A DNA stretch of 64,000 bases from Styela clava. Taxonomy: Eukaryota. Of the stretch, positions 38,390 through 51,434 are shown piece after piece; the first letter of the stretch is position 1; each line of letters starts with the position of its first letter. The notes below the pieces were generated by a model. That model worked only from the letters and a program-made list of their open reading frames with translations. It did not search any database and had not been told where the DNA came from. The DNA is taken from NCBI RefSeq assembly GCF_964204865.1, contig NC_135261.1, positions 5,518,001 to 5,582,000 on the forward strand, read 5' to 3'. Made by a program: the position numbers and the translations under genes.

Positions 38390-40106
38390 TGCTGGCAAAT
38401 GTTGTTTGTACTATAGCATAGGTTCTTAAAGCTCTTAATACGTAGCCTCAGGGCTCCCTGAGAGAAACCTAGAGGCTCTGCGAGCTATTAGTTTACTTAT
38501 TAAAATACTGACTTGGCTAATCTTGTAAGTGTCCAAAGATGCAATAATGTCATTAATGAAATTTGACAAGAGCAGTGTCAAACAAAATGTGACAACAACG
38601 CGGTATTTCAAATATGACATTACCTATTAAACGGTAATTTCCAATAGATAACTTTTATAAATTTTATGTGGACTCTGTTAATAATAGTCAACCTTTTCAC
38701 AGGCTCCTACACCAAAAGTTTGAGAACCCCTGCATAGCATAGTGTGAGTCCTACTGTTATGATGTTGCCTACCCAAGCGACACCATGTTAAATTTTGACC
38801 CATGCCATAAATTGCTAATTAAAGTACAGAATTAAGTGATGTCTATTCTGTCTTATTAGGGATAGACAATGGAAGACCTACCACTATAGGAGAATAGACT
38901 CCATCTGCACTCATAGCTTGAGGTAGATCCAAGCCATACAGCTACAGGGAAAGCTTGGTTAGATTTTGATTGGCCAAATTTTGCTTTTACCTGACCCAAC
39001 ATTAATTCGGTATTTTAGTACTGAAATTACCTGAAAACTTTAAATGAATAGACAAAAAATTTGTATAAGTGGATTTCCAGATTTTGTGGATTCTTATTTT
39101 TTTTGAAAACAAACAGAAATTCAATTAAATTAAAGTACGAAAAACATTAATTTTGGACACATTCATTTCATTAAATCTATTGTTACATGCAGTCCTATAT
39201 CTCTGAATGCCAATTTGATATTATGCTTACTGGCACTTTTGTTTTTGTATTAATTCCATCCAAAGCAATATGTCATAGGAATATTATTTGCTGATTTTGG
39301 AACTATTTTTAACTTATGTAGTATTATTAGACACAACTAAATCCATACTTGTGATATTTATGTAATTCAAAGAGCTATCTTTATTTATTTAGTGACTTAT
39401 GCTGAGTGTCTTACTATCCTACCAAGATTGAACTGGTTATTCACTGTAACTCCCAGGCATGGGCCATCTCTGAATCCATTTAAATATGATGTTTATTATG
39501 TTGTTAAGCTTTCATTGCAATTTAGCTCAATGTTGCAAGCATTGCAAATATTTGTGTTAGTTTATTATTAATGTGATTAAATTCTGAGTTAGTTTAAGCA
39601 TTTATAGGTTGTTGTGGCTATGGAAAGTCATGATTTATAATAATATTGTCATGTGGGGAATTTTTATTAGACACAATATATTGTTAGTATATTAGTCATT
39701 CATGCTTTGCTCCGAACAAGGCATTGTGCAAATATAAGGGGATACATTCGTTGGATAGTTGTACTTGGTATGTACAATGCTCAGCCACACAGCAATAACA
39801 ATTGAAAATTTTGCCTGGTTTTATAGTATTAACAATTGTGAGAGTAAATAAATTGAAGTGAGAATAAATTTTATTGTATGATAATTGATAAATGAGAACT
39901 ACAAGCACAATGAGAATCATTAATAAACAAAGAAAAGGAATTTTCAACTGTTACCACTCAAGAATCGGGGAAATTTTTTTCCCTGTAGATAATGTTTTAA
40001 ATTGCATTTATATATGTGTTCAGTGTCTTTAATAAGAGAATAATTTTGTTTATTTTCAGTCTAATTCTACCTAGTTTTACTCAATTGTTTGAAAAAACTT
40101 GGTAAA

Positions 40107-42204
40107 ATGCCGAAGTGCGTGATAGCAAGTGTTTTAGTCGGAATTGCATTGGTACTGGGTGGTGTCGTTCTTCTTGTTGGTAAATACCCGGAAAAAATTA
40201 TCGATTCGGAAATCAACAAACAATTAGCAATTTCGCTGAATTCACCAGAATTTGATGACTGGATGACCCCGCCCCCACCTATCTACATGCAGTATTGGAT
40301 GTTCAATGTAACGAATCCGGATGCCGTAATTGCAGGACAAAGAGCAAATTTGACACAAATTGGACCTTTTACATATCGATTGTACCAGCCGAGATATAAC
40401 GTCGCTCTATACACGAATAACACTGTCTCCTATCAGTACAATCACACCCTTGTGTTTGTCAAAAATATGTCATGTGCCGACCCCCATAATGTCACAATTA
40501 CGAATCTAAACGTGCCATTACTCACTATTGCTGGAATGCTGAAGAACATGCATATACCTGCTTTTATTTCTAAAAAAATAATAGAAATATTCAAAGACAG
40601 CAAGGTATTTCCGCAACACACAGCCTATGAATTGCTCTTTGGTTACAATGATTCACTGTTAAGCTTCGCCCATATGTTTATTCCTTCATTTCCGGCAAAG
40701 TTTGGACTTTTTTACGGTTTCAATAACACAGACGATGGAGTATATCTTGTGAACAGTGGAAGGAAAGACATATCTCTCGTAAATAAAATGGAAAAGTGGA
40801 ATTTCAAATCCGAATTAGATTATTGGTCCGATAAATATGGCAACATGTTAAACGGTACCGATGGTGTCTTTTTTCATCCTGACATGAAGATAACAGAAAC
40901 GATCTATGCTTATTCAACAGATATTTGTCGTTCTTTACCGTTTAAATATGAAATGAACACAGATGTTCGAAGTATCTCAACATATCGTTATCATACAACT
41001 GCAATGGCATTTGCAAATTCCACTGTTAACCCTGACAATGGAGCGTTTTGCGTTCCGGCTGGAAATTGCATGGGGTCTGGAGTCTTAAATATCAGCGTAT
41101 GTAAGGATAATGCACCAGTCGTTATTTCCTCTCCTCATTTTTACTTGGGTGATCCTAAATATGTTAACGGAGTTATTGGACTTAAACCGAATAAGACTTA
41201 TCATGAAACCTACTTGGATATTGAACCTACTACTGGCACTGTATTAAGAGCAAATAAAAGATTACAGGTATGCTGAATTATGCAATGATTAAGTATACTA
41301 ACGCTTGTTGTGCTGCAGTGCTAATAATTGCGACATTGTCGCTGTATTGACGGGTAAACACTGAACTTTGCCAGTGACGTCAATGATACTGGTTAATTAA
41401 TTGCATTTAGCAAATAGCAGTTTTGATTACTGTTCTGGCATTCTGAAATGATTTGAGTCAGATACGATTGAAAGTAGTTATGATACTACCCAGGTTTCAA
41501 AATTTCCACAAATCACTACCCTATATTGATATACCCTATATTTCGCCTACTTTACATCAAGTTGTGTTCAGGGACTGAAACTTATGAGCAGGGTTTATAT
41601 TCATTTGGCTAACACAGACACTCCCCGAACTCGTAATAAAATTTTGGCCTAACCCTAACCTGCTACACACACCTTGGAGGTACCAAAAAATTTTGAACGC
41701 ATGAGCCATTTGAAAAACAACTGTTTTCGACTTATAGTTGACAAAAATTTGGCTGCCATCTCCTGACCCCAGGTTAATTTTGAAAATATTGATTTGTACA
41801 TATTGACGGTCACGGCCCGTGACCCACAGAAAAACGCTCCATGGGGCCCACAAGAGGGCAGAGGCCTTAGTTTGAGAAGCACTACACCATTTCTCAAGAC
41901 ATTTTTTTCTCTACAGCTCAACATCCAACTTGAAGCTTCAGAATACTCGGATGATCTAAAGAACGTTAGAACAACAACATTTCCGTTTGTGTGGCTGAAC
42001 GAAAGTGTCACAGTTGATGTGGATTCCGCAAATCATCTAAAACAAGTCCTTATGGTGAAGCAAGTCGTGTTATCCACCCCTTATATTCTGTTTGGCATCA
42101 GCGCTCTTATTTTTGTGATTATAATAATCGTAACAATTCACAAAAATAAAAAGAAAGGAACCCCACTTCTCACTAATGTTGATTATGATGAAGATGAGAA
42201 TTAA
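40107..42204 (+). CDS. SCARB2: CD36-family scavenger receptor class B (SCARB2/LIMP-2-like), 2 exons, 482 aa
   Basis: Exons 40107-41267 and 41917-42204 (phase 0). N- and C-terminal TM helices; motifs W..PPPPIYMQYWMFNVTNP, GPFTYR, LLFGY.D, MLNGTDG..F.P, DICRS, SSPHFYLGD, YLDIEPTTG, KRLQ|LN, FPFVWLNE; many N-glycosylation sequons. SCARB2 versus SCARB1/CD36 orthology cannot be resolved by eye. Confidence 0.88.
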
Positions 42205-44885
42205 TTTAATTTGTTAATGTTTCTTTATTTACTCTAATTTGTATAATTATTTTCTGCTTTTTCTCCATTTTGACCCTTACTTTAATAACTAGCTGTTTGC
42301 ATATGGATAGTGTGTCATTAACGAAAAAAAATTTTTCTCTAATTTTAAACATGTACATGTATTATACTCTTGAAACTGGCCCAGTTGTTCCGAATCTTTT
42401 CTATATATTCCTCTCTTCAAGCCTATTTTTGTGCTTTTTTGTTTCCGTTATTTGATCAATCTTTAAAGCAGTTCCCAAACTTTTATTGCAGGGTGGCCCC
42501 AGGTTGCGCGGGCCACAAAATTATTTTTGCATTGTTCGCGGGCCACAATAGTGCCAAGATTTTTGATTACTCTTCGAATGTGACGCGGGCCACAGATAAT
42601 GAAGCGGCGGGCCACATGTGGCCCGCGGGCCTGGGTTTGGACCACCTTGTTTTATTGCTATATGATCTTCTCTTTGTCTATTTTATATCTCTATATTCCT
42701 CCCTCTCTACACATCGTTTGTTCGATATTTAAAGGATTCTCGCTATTGTTATGTGTAATCACACTCTAGATTTGGCACAGTTTGTATAGTTTATAAAATT
42801 ATAACATGTCATTGCATATGTATTACAATTCACAATAATTCTGACCAAACAATATTAGTAAATATACACGGAATGCAGCGTAATGTATCTGTATTTTCTC
42901 CTCAATTACGATATTACCAGAGGACGAATTCCCGGTTTAAAAATGCTGCTATATAGGTAATGGCCAATTTCTTGTTAACCAAGACATATTGGATTTAATA
43001 CTTCTTTGTGCGTTATGTTAAATATCAATCCCCACGCAGAATTTTGTTTCATAAAGAAGCTGTCCTGCCAGTACAAAATTTGTCAAAGCGAAGTTTTGAA
43101 GCCTTAATTTTTTTTTCGGGGGGGGGGGGGGGGGCATTCTGTTCTGCTGCTCTCCTTGCTACTGGAATATAACAAATTCATTGAGGATATATCCAAAAAA
43201 TTGTATCATTTCTTTTCATGAACTGCTTTACATCGGCTCATTCATTAACCTACCTAATTTTCTGAAAAATAACATATGTTTATTAGTTAAATTTAACTGA
43301 TTTTTTGACTGCTTCCTTCTGCTTTGGTGCTGAAAAAAGAAATTTTCAGTCCGGCATTTGGCATCTCAGTAAAATTCTAATAAGAAATAAAAATTCTAAC
43401 GGCATTGACCACGCTGAAGAATGTGTTGTAGGTTATTTTTGCTTGCGAGTAATCATGATTTTTCCGGCGTATCAAACGGATTTGACTCACATGATGTGTC
43501 GGTGCCCTCAGGCATGCACTTGCAACGAAATCCAGACTGGGTAACACTACAGGCCATGTTTTGAAGACGTGTTCCATTATTAGCTCATGCTTGGTTGTGT
43601 CGATGTTTTCGTACCATGTTTGTTATTGGCAAGCCTGCAATAAATCTTTGCAACTCACTGTTTTTCTGTAATAGTAATGAAAAGCTGTTTGGTATGATTT
43701 TTTTGTTTTTGATTTGTTTTTTAGTTATTTAGCTTCATTGATTATTCCTCTTTCTGGGTTTTTTGTCCTATATATGCAATAAAGAAGTTTTCTTTTTCAT
43801 TTGTTAAGAGCATAAGTTTTGGTATATCACTCAGCTACTTTTAAGTCGGACCATTTCTGATATAAACCCCATTGTTTTTTCTGATTCATTTCTTTTTTTT
43901 TGCTTTTGCAGTTTTTCATGATGTAGTTATTGAGAAAATTTATGACTTCATCGTATTATACTGTTTGTAGCTTGTATATTTAAAAAGTGAAAAATATATT
44001 TTATGTTCGTTGTTTCACTGCGGACTGGCGAACTAAATAATATATAGGGTGTCCAAGTCCATTTACAATTTTGTTACGAAGTCAGTTCTCAATATATCTC
44101 AACCAGGTTTGTTGTTTTTAATCAGTATTTGTTTAAGTATTTTTACTTCATTTCAATTGGGCCAAAACAATATACGGTATAGATAAATTCCCTTCGCAAT
44201 TTCAAAATATTTTAAGATTTCATGGACAACCTATTTTCTCAGAATTATATCAGTGTGAGCAATAGATGTCTATGTTGAGCAAATGTGTTACCAAATCTCT
44301 GCAGACCTAGCCAATCTACACAGATCACTGGGGATAAGTTCTTGGTCACGGACCACAAAAAATTATCAGATAAACAAAATTTTCACTAATCCCAAATTTC
44401 GAATCTGGTTCACGATGTAGAGATGTCAAGAATAATTTATATGTTTGGAACTAGGGCTTGGCATTCCGAATCGAATATTCAAATTGAATAGTAAATTAGT
44501 TGAATCGGTTAAGAGCAAAATTTCGAATCTATGCCGTTTTGTTTTTTTCTGCCATTGGTATTCGATACGATTCTGCATTTACCAGGTATTCGAAAATGCC
44601 CAGACCTAGTTTGAACACATTGGACATTGTGCAATTTCCATGACAGTTTAGACTAAAATGTTCCATTATATGCTTTTACTATGAAAATGGCTCATCTGTA
44701 TTTTATTGATTGATAAATTGTTTTTGTTGAAAATATGAAAAAAAAATGGAAAGGTTTTGTTTTGTGAATTTGTTATGTGATCAAAGAAATCAGAATTTCA
44801 TGCTGAACGTATATAATTGAACAAGACAGCAATGCTCAATTCCAGAGGCGCTAAGGTTGCACATTGGTACTAGCTAAAGTGACTG

Positions 44886-45105
44886 AGGGGTTGTTAGCAT
44901 AGAAGTCATATTGGGGGTGTCACAATAGGGCTGACGAAATGCGGTTGTTGTGTGTCGAAATGGGAGTGACGAAATAGGGTCGTCGAGTCAAGTTAGGGGT
45001 AGCGAATTACGGTCGGTGCGTGTAAGATTGGGGGTGACAAAATACGGTCGTTGCGTGGTGTCAGGTTAGGGGTGACGAAATACGGTCGAGACGTGTCAGA
45101 ATGTA
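44886..45105 (+). repeat. Left terminal array of ~33-bp repeats (GGGGTGACGAAATACGGTCGTTGCGTGTCAG..)
   Basis: About five tandem units; reverse complement of 62540-62702 and 62925-63058. Confidence 0.85.
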
Positions 45106-45851
45106 GATGGTAAAATATGACAGAACGTGTCAAATTACCGTTAATCTGACAGTAGGGTGCCGGTACGCAATCAGTGACAGCGAGCTGGATGAAATCAAGG
45201 ATCACTAAAATTTGAAAATGAAATTCGCCGAGTATTTATATGTTTATTGTAGCTATTGAGCCTCTGTTAATTACTATCAACCTAAATAAAGATGCGAGGG
45301 TATACCGGTATAGTGACGCCTGGAAATATAGAATTGAATAGAAATTATTTATGAAATCGGCGATGACAAACCTTGAAAATATATTGGAAGTTATGATTCC
45401 TGAAATGGTGCATACACCTGGTGTTTTATTGCATGAATGAGGAAACGATCACGGACCAAATTTTCGGAAAAGAGCACGCCGTATTGTAAAAACAGTCAAC
45501 TCTCAAAGGAACATTCTTCTCTCGGAACTTCGCGCCCTAGATGTAACATTCAATGAAATTCAAAAAGTAAAAAACGGAGGCACAGTTCGGCAACGTATGA
45601 AATACATCTGCATATGTATTATCTTGTAGTACAACGTTGCCTGAAATACGTTTGTGTTCGTCGGGAGCTTTAAAACAATATATGAAAAACGAATAACAGA
45701 ATATTTTACAGTTGAATTTGTTTCAAAAAAATTTCCATGTCCTCAAATAGTGTCAAACAATTCTTTTCCTATTTCTAATATTTTATGTGACCTATTTATG
45801 CATAGAAATGACATGAAAAAACATGTTTTATGTCATCGTGCAAAGTGATTA

Positions 45852-45965
45852 TGATTTAATTTAAATTTGACGTACGACTGGGATCACTCTGCATAGAGAG
45901 ACTAAAATTAACGAAATCTCTCTATGCAGAGGGATCGAGTCGTATGCCAAATTTAAATTAAATCA
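45852..45965. repeat. Hairpin, ~49-bp stem with ~16-nt loop
   Basis: TGATTTAATTTAAATTTGACGTACGACT..CTCTGCATAGAGAGA versus TCTCTCTATGCAGAG..AGTCGTATGCCAAATTTAAATTAAATCA. Confidence 0.85.
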
Positions 45966-48900
45966 AAATCAGCTAATTAAATTTAACTTAACATTGTAAA
46001 TAATTCTTTAAAGTTTTTTTCATTTTTTCGATTATTAATTTGAATAACATTTTTAATGTGAAGGTATGTTTGATCAATGACATTAAACAACATGATGCGC
46101 AACTCCGGCATTTTTGGCCGAAGATCGTATCTGATAGCACGCTCCAATGCACATACTTGACGAGACGAAAACGAGCGGATGTGTGCTGCTTTCAAGGCAT
46201 AGCACAAATGGTGTTCGTGCCTGCTTTGACAGTTGTTGTCGATTTTAATGATATTTTGGAAAGTTGAGGTGAAAAGAAATTGAAAAAAGGTAAGGTAAAT
46301 ACTATTGTTGTATATCACACCCGGGCATCGCACTGTTAAGTACATGTGGGAAAGCCAGCTTTTGTCAAATACTACAAAGTTATTAATTCAGTACGGTACG
46401 TAGTTGCCCATTTGCCGAAATTGCATATTTACTCACCCCTTATGGTTTCAAATTGTTCATGCACCTCCATTTAGATTTTTTTTTAATCAGTGAGGATATA
46501 TACTCATTGCTGTAACATACTATTGCTCATTCACTTTTATTTGCGTATCGAATCAAAGGGTTAACAAGTTCACCTAACATTCACTCATACCGGACGATAT
46601 TGTATAGTCTGATCTCTCAAGTATTTGGAGCCACGAATGCTTGTAATTTTCTGACTAAACCCTTTTATTAGTTGGTTTATATACCAAATTCAGTAAAACA
46701 TTTTTTACATAAAACATGAGATATTGGATTCATTAGCTTTTCCATTCTAAATCATATAGACTGCTTTATTTATTCTTAACGAAAATTAATAAATCTCCTC
46801 TCTTTCTTCAGATGTAAAAGTTGTGGACGAACCTGTCTAAGCATTGTGAGACTCCTGCAGCACAAGAAGCAATAGCAAAAATACTAAGTATATCAATCAA
46901 GAAATTAAGCCGACATAAAGCAAAACTTTCAACTATTCGTCTAACCTCAATTTCCTATTATTTATTCACAGGACAACTGTAGCAGAGGGGAGATATCAGA
47001 AGTCTGGCGACATATCATTGACAGTGTGATTCCAAGAAATATAATCAGAGTACTCCATAAATGTTTGCAATAGAAGAACAACCTATGGAGTCATGCAAAG
47101 ACATCTGACCCTCCGGCAGAGTTGTGGATGGCCCCCATATCCTGCAGGGCTTGAGGAAAATAACTAAAAATTCCAAAGCGTAAGATTCCATAAACGGTCT
47201 TATTTGTAAAATGGCACAAAACACGCCAGACATACTTAAACAGCTTTGGAAAATGAGGATTACGGGTCACTCACTACACCTGTGTTATATTTGGTTCATC
47301 AACTTTTGGTAGTACTATAGAAGAAATTCAGGAAAGGGTATAATCATGATTCACGATAAAATACAAACCTTTTAAAGTAAAATTGATTATTCACACAGAA
47401 AACAATTTACTGAAAGTAGTTTTGGAAAATTATTTTTTTTTGTTCACATTTTGACCCAATAAAGAATATACATCAAGCTAGCAAAAGAATACTTGTATAA
47501 AACACTTGAGTGAATAAATTAAACGCAAGTACATGAAGAAGGTGGCATTTTCGAAGAAAATGGGAGTTGCAATATTTCTGCATTTCACGAAATTCTGAAG
47601 CAAAGAAAAATTCTGTTTAATTTGTCATATTTCCATCAGTACAATGAAAAAACACAATAAGCTCAGCAGTCAATATGACAAATTAGAAGAGCAACTTCGA
47701 ACAGAAAATTTCCATGTGTTTGTATATTAATATAATTATACAACGACTTAGTTACTAAAAATCAATATCAATATTAATTCAAGCAATCCTATGCCACGCA
47801 ATGTGGCGCGAAATGTCTTGTCGAAAAAATCTGTCATTTGTTTTTTTACTGATCTATACATGAAATGATAAAAGTAACTTTTTTTGCATTACTGGAATTA
47901 TTTAAACATTCGCAAAGATCCAGATTAACCCATGATCATGTGACCTCGTGAGTTAGAGTTGGTACTATAAAATCATTTCAGCCTGACCTTAGTATGCTGG
48001 TGACACATAAAAGATGCCAAACGTCAGGACAAATGTAATTAAAAAAACATTGAGTTTATACTGTAGTATTTTTGTCAATTTTAGGTCCATATATTTAGAT
48101 TAAGTGTATGTAATATTCTTTCCTTATCCAAAGCTTGTTTAAAAATTTTGATGGTTGTACATGGAATTTTATGATTTTTTGTAAAAAATACAGTAACTTG
48201 CAATAATAGTGGAATGCAAATATTAATATGTAATTGCATTCGAAATTAAAGAAAATAATAAAAATCCAACTGTTTAGTTGCATCACAATATATGTCACAA
48301 ACTGAAACAATCTTTCAACTATACATTATCAAAAACTGTTTGCGGCCCTTTTTACAATTTTCAAAATGCAATGCAGCTCTCGAAAACCCATGAGTTTGAC
48401 ACCACTGATCTAGACTAGACGAATAAATTTGTCTTCTAAAATCGGAGGAAGGCAAAACATATAGGTAGTTCCCATTCACACAAGTCTTTCAAGAGGACTT
48501 GCTCGAGCCAAACTAAATGAGCATCGTCAGTTGATCGGTAAGGCTGAAAGTTGATTTAGCCCTGCAACCTCCTGCATCGAAAATAATATTAATTAGTGAG
48601 CTATGAGCTAAATTTAGACACAAACCTATCTACGGGGCATTATGTACCAGAAATGTTACCTACGATTAACTGAATATGTAATATGTCTAATAAATTCACC
48701 TACTAAAGCAAGTTCGATAGGTGCAAACTTTGTGTTATGGAATTGTACCACAGCACCGAAAAAGAAGTACAAACAGTTTTGCTGTTTTGTATGACACCCT
48801 CTTTAAATGAAATTTCAATGTTTAAGCGCAAACATTAAAATTACGAACTCTGAACTTTGTCATTATCTGCAAAATGTTCCACACAAATCTTTACGCTATC

Positions 48901-51434
48901 GCGTTTGTAATCTTCTCTGATAAAAAAAAACGTTTATGATGTCCAGAATTACTCTTCGCAGCTTGTCTGCAATTCCAGCTTTCCAAGTGAGCAAAACTTC
49001 TTAGATATAAGGATTATTTTTTTTCGTTACAGGCGCAAATAGGAAGGTACTACACGTAAAGAAAACGCCGAGTAGCAAAAGCGAGCGGAAAACGGTCGCG
49101 AAAGGCGACGAGAAATATGTGCATTGGAGCGTATCATGAAATACAATCTTTCGCCTGTAGCCTTATGGAGTGACGTCAGAGTTGCCTATCATGTTGTTTA
49201 ATGTCATTGGTTTGATATATTATTACGTTTTGCTCTTCAAGTCTTGAACATCTCGAAATAGTAACAGATTTCTCACATTCAAAGTACAGAGTTTATTTGT
49301 TTTGTCAAACAGAAAACAATAACACGACAAAATATAATTGTATAAGCAACAAATTCTCGGTATAGACTGTATAACAACTGGTATCAATACTATCATGTCG
49401 ATATCGAGATCAGTTACCAGTACCACTCAATATTTATAACGTGAATAACAAGAGCTTTAAATGTGATAAGACATCTAGGATGTGATATTGTATGTTTGTC
49501 TGAGACCATCAATAACTTTCAATGGAATAATAATTTAGTTGACAAGCGTTTGGGATGCTCTAAGCATTAACTAAATATACCTAGATATAAATTCAGACAA
49601 ATTATTTGCTTGATCAATTATGATATTAACGAATTTGACATTTTTGATTAATGACTAAAATAGGAAGAGAAGGTTTTCATGTGAGTGTGTGGCATTGGTT
49701 TCTTTAAAATATGTAAATGGTGAATGACTCAAAGTAACGGTTATATAGGGGCATTGAAACGTCACTGCAATAGTCAAGTTGTTCGAGTGTTAAAGTTCGG
49801 ACCAACAAAGCAGGTATAAAAAAGCAATCATATCAAAATTGAGCTTAAATGTTTTCGTATGAATAAGGTCTACAAGCATCATGTAAAATATCAGGAAGAA
49901 TACTCATGTTAGAATGTAATTTACACTGTTTTTTCATTATTTTAGTTTAAGAACCGAATTCTATGAGAATGTCTTTAACTACGTGATAACTTGATGTCGG
50001 ACTCAGACTCGAATCGAAGCTTGGATGATCTCGACTTGATTCGTGGTTTGATAATTACCAAACAGTGAACTGCGCGGTATGGGTGAGATATCATACTGAT
50101 ACTTGGTGAAACGCATGTCTGTGACGTGTGTGCATAGTGACACGAGGGGTAAAGACTGCCAGAGAAATTCCAAGGGTATGTCATTTTTTGCGTCCGGAAA
50201 GAATAATTTCAATAAAAAGTGACTAAGAATCAACAAAATATTAAATGATGTTGGGTTAAAGGACATATAGGGTGTAAGGACATATAGGTTTAAAATTGCA
50301 GAGGGAATTTACCAATGCCATTTAGAGATTTTGTCTTCGCAGATGTATAAAATACTTGAACAATTACTGATTAACAAACAACAAACCAGGTTAAGATATA
50401 TTAAGAACTGACTTCATAACAAAATTGCAATGGACACCCTGTATTGTTTCAATAGTTATGAGAAAAGCAAAAAATATTGTTGCGTTAAAGTGTCATTTTT
50501 GTATTATGTGTACCTACTCAATTACAAACATGAAGTGAAGTTCTGTAGAGTGTAGACCATGTCAACAGACGTCGCGTAAGATCAATTCCGATTATAATTA
50601 CCCAAAAGAATGAAGCTCCGTAAACGTCACTAATGCCCTATTATGACTCCTCGAACATGTTTAGTCGAGACTGGGCTTTTAACAAAACACAAATAGACTA
50701 ACAACAAATAAATAGTTGTCTTGATAAAGTTTCCATGGAATGTGGTTTAATCAGACAATCTTCTCAGTCACATCCCGAATAAATCTACGTTCTTTATTTT
50801 CAGTAGTAAACAACAATCATTGGTCACTGATTAGAGTGAGATAGAGATTACAGTATCTTTGTTTCTTTATTAAAAATGACAGCTTCCTCCCCTTGTGTTT
50901 CTCTTTGATACTGCTCATTTTTTTCTCTTTTGACCTTAAAAAAATATTTGGCGCGCGTGCCGCATTTCGGCTCAGGGCGTGGTAGTGTGAGGTCGTTTCT
51001 GCGCTGGTCTGAGCTAGGTAAATTCACAGTTTAAGGCAGGGAAGGTCGAGATATAACTAGGTCAACTAATTATTCCCATTCTTCATGCATATATAAGCTA
51101 TAACTTGAATTGTATAAATAATAATCTATTCCGATACAATTGGGTAGCGCCTTTTTTCAGCCATATGCAGAATTTGAGTGTTATATGACGAATATAGATT
51201 TCAGCATTGAGTTCTTGTTTCATTTCTTATATACCTTTCGAGTGTATTTATTTACGTGTTTTGCAACGTTTTTCTTTATGCATCAAGTCTTGTTTTATGA
51301 TAATTTTTTTTGTGAGTTGTAATCCGCGACAACGTGCTGTTTATAATTTTTCTACTTTGCACAAGAACTTTGTATCATCGCTAAAAAGTATCATCGCTAA
51401 AAAGTAAGCCATAACTATAATTTTCAAATTTCAG

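Noticed and set aside
43585-43587. Selenocysteine TGA in the EGF-like frame
   Set aside because: No SECIS recognised, and another expected Cys is also mutated; decay or chance is simpler.
44886-45105. CRISPR array (also considered at 51.4-52.1, 57.0-57.2 and 62.5-63.0 kb)
   Set aside because: Eukaryotic context, the units have no unique spacers, and there are no cas genes.
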